A stretch of 25,082 bases of DNA from a virus (Duplodnaviria; Caudoviricetes), in the IMG/VR virus record IMGVR_UViG_3300032301_000382, positions 1-25,082 of that record; one strand, given 5' to 3'. The position numbers and the translations under genes were made by a program. Shown here piece by piece: positions 24,330-25,082 of the stretch; position 1 is the stretch's first letter, and each line of letters begins with the position of its first letter. The notes below the pieces were generated by a model. That model saw nothing but the letters and a program-made list of their open reading frames with translations. It was not told the DNA's origin and made no database searches.

Positions 24330-24573
24330 TGAGATCCATGAACTTCGGGAAAAATTCGGGTCGATGGCCGAGCGGCTGGCTAGGATGGAAGAACGTCAAG
24401 TTACCCTGATCGGCATGGTGGAACGCTCCCTATCCAACTTTGGCGACCTGTCCAATAGGGTGACTTCCCTAGAACACCTTAAAACCAAGATGCTCCTTGT
24501 GGCAGGCTCCATAGGTGCTATAGTCAGTGTGGTTTGGGATGCGATCCGCTCCCGGCTCACCCACGGAGGATAA
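24319..24573 (+). CDS. Coiled-coil protein with C-terminal TM (XhlA/holin-like)
   Basis: ERLARMEER and RVTSLE followed by MLLVAGSIGAIVSVVW. Confidence 0.7.
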   Translation: MSLDEIHELREKFGSMAERLARMEERQVTLIGMVERSLSNFGDLSNRVTSLEHLKTKMLLVAGSIGAIVSVVWDAIRSRLTHGG

Positions 24574-25082
24574 ATGCCCACTTTAGGTACACAGAACATT
24601 TCGACTAGCTATCCGCAGCTTCTTAAGACTTTTGGTACGAGCGGCCTGCCATCGGCTGGTGCTGTTGAAGTTATCACAGACGGAGACAATACATCATCGG
24701 CTCTTTCGATTGGAATTGATGCCGTACAAAGCACCGGATCATTCACAGTTTCAAGCAATAGCAGTCTTCTTGGGCCTGTCACATTCGGAACCAGCCTAAC
24801 CGCATCCACTGGAACCGCCACCATCGGAACTCTTTCCGTTGGCACGGCCACCATCAGCACGGCCACCATCAGCACGGCCACCATCAGCACGGCCACCATC
24901 CCTTCCGTAACGCTTTCCACGGCCACCATTTCGACGGCCTCCATCAGCACAGCAACAATACCCCTTCAGCTTGGGGCAATCACTTTCGGATCAAACATCA
25001 CATCCTCTACTGGTACGGCAACGATTGGAACGGCTACATTTAGCACAGCAACAATCAGCAGTGCGACAATTCCAAGAATCAA
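24574..25082 (+). CDS. Ser/Thr-rich fibre-like protein, N-terminal part (runs off the window)
   Basis: GGAGGA RBS, ATG 24574: MPTLGTQNISTSYPQLLKTFG...; many (S/G)TATI pentapeptides; open to the window end. Confidence 0.85.
   Translation, partial: MPTLGTQNISTSYPQLLKTFGTSGLPSAGAVEVITDGDNTSSALSIGIDAVQSTGSFTVSSNSSLLGPVTFGTSLTASTGTATIGTLSVGTATISTATISTATISTATIPSVTLSTATISTASISTATIPLQLGAITFGSNITSSTGTATIGTATFSTATISSATIPRI
24842..24900 (+). repeat. 15-bp coding tandem repeat, about 4 copies
   Basis: GCACGGCCACCATCA at 24842, 24857 and 24872, plus a 14-nt copy at 24887. Confidence 0.9.

Noticed and set aside
24609-24950. Minus-strand ORF with MVAVL repeats
   Set aside because: It is the antisense shadow of the STATI fibre repeats.

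Overview
This is 25 kb of a tailed dsDNA bacteriophage or prophage, with a podovirus-like head module and an N4-gp56-type major capsid protein. A lipobox-bearing spanin-like pair and an LPS-type GT9 point to a diderm host. Layout from left to right: (i) a rightward DNA-metabolism and accessory operon (241-10562) with three PD-(D/E)XK nucleases, a probable SSB, a dNTP diphosphohydrolase-like protein, two glycosyltransferases, a 2OG-Fe(II) oxygenase, an AEP primase and an AAA_25 helicase; (ii) an iteron/hairpin origin-like tract; (iii) three small genes, two of them very basic; (iv) a leftward, AT-richer early operon headed by ArdC, with six small genes mostly missing from the ORF track, ending in a CTTATAG/CTACCGTT repeat field; (v) the rightward packaging, lysis, head and fibre module (13838-end), with a low-GC TylF-type O-methyltransferase inserted directly behind the portal. 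The best candidates for undescribed biology are a dispersed hydroxylate-glycosylate-O-methylate enzyme set and two intergenic structured RNAs. One is a three-way junction before the primase. The other is a bulged-G/UUCG hairpin coupled to an SD-sequestering switch in the late region. All family assignments come from motifs recognised by eye, without database searches.
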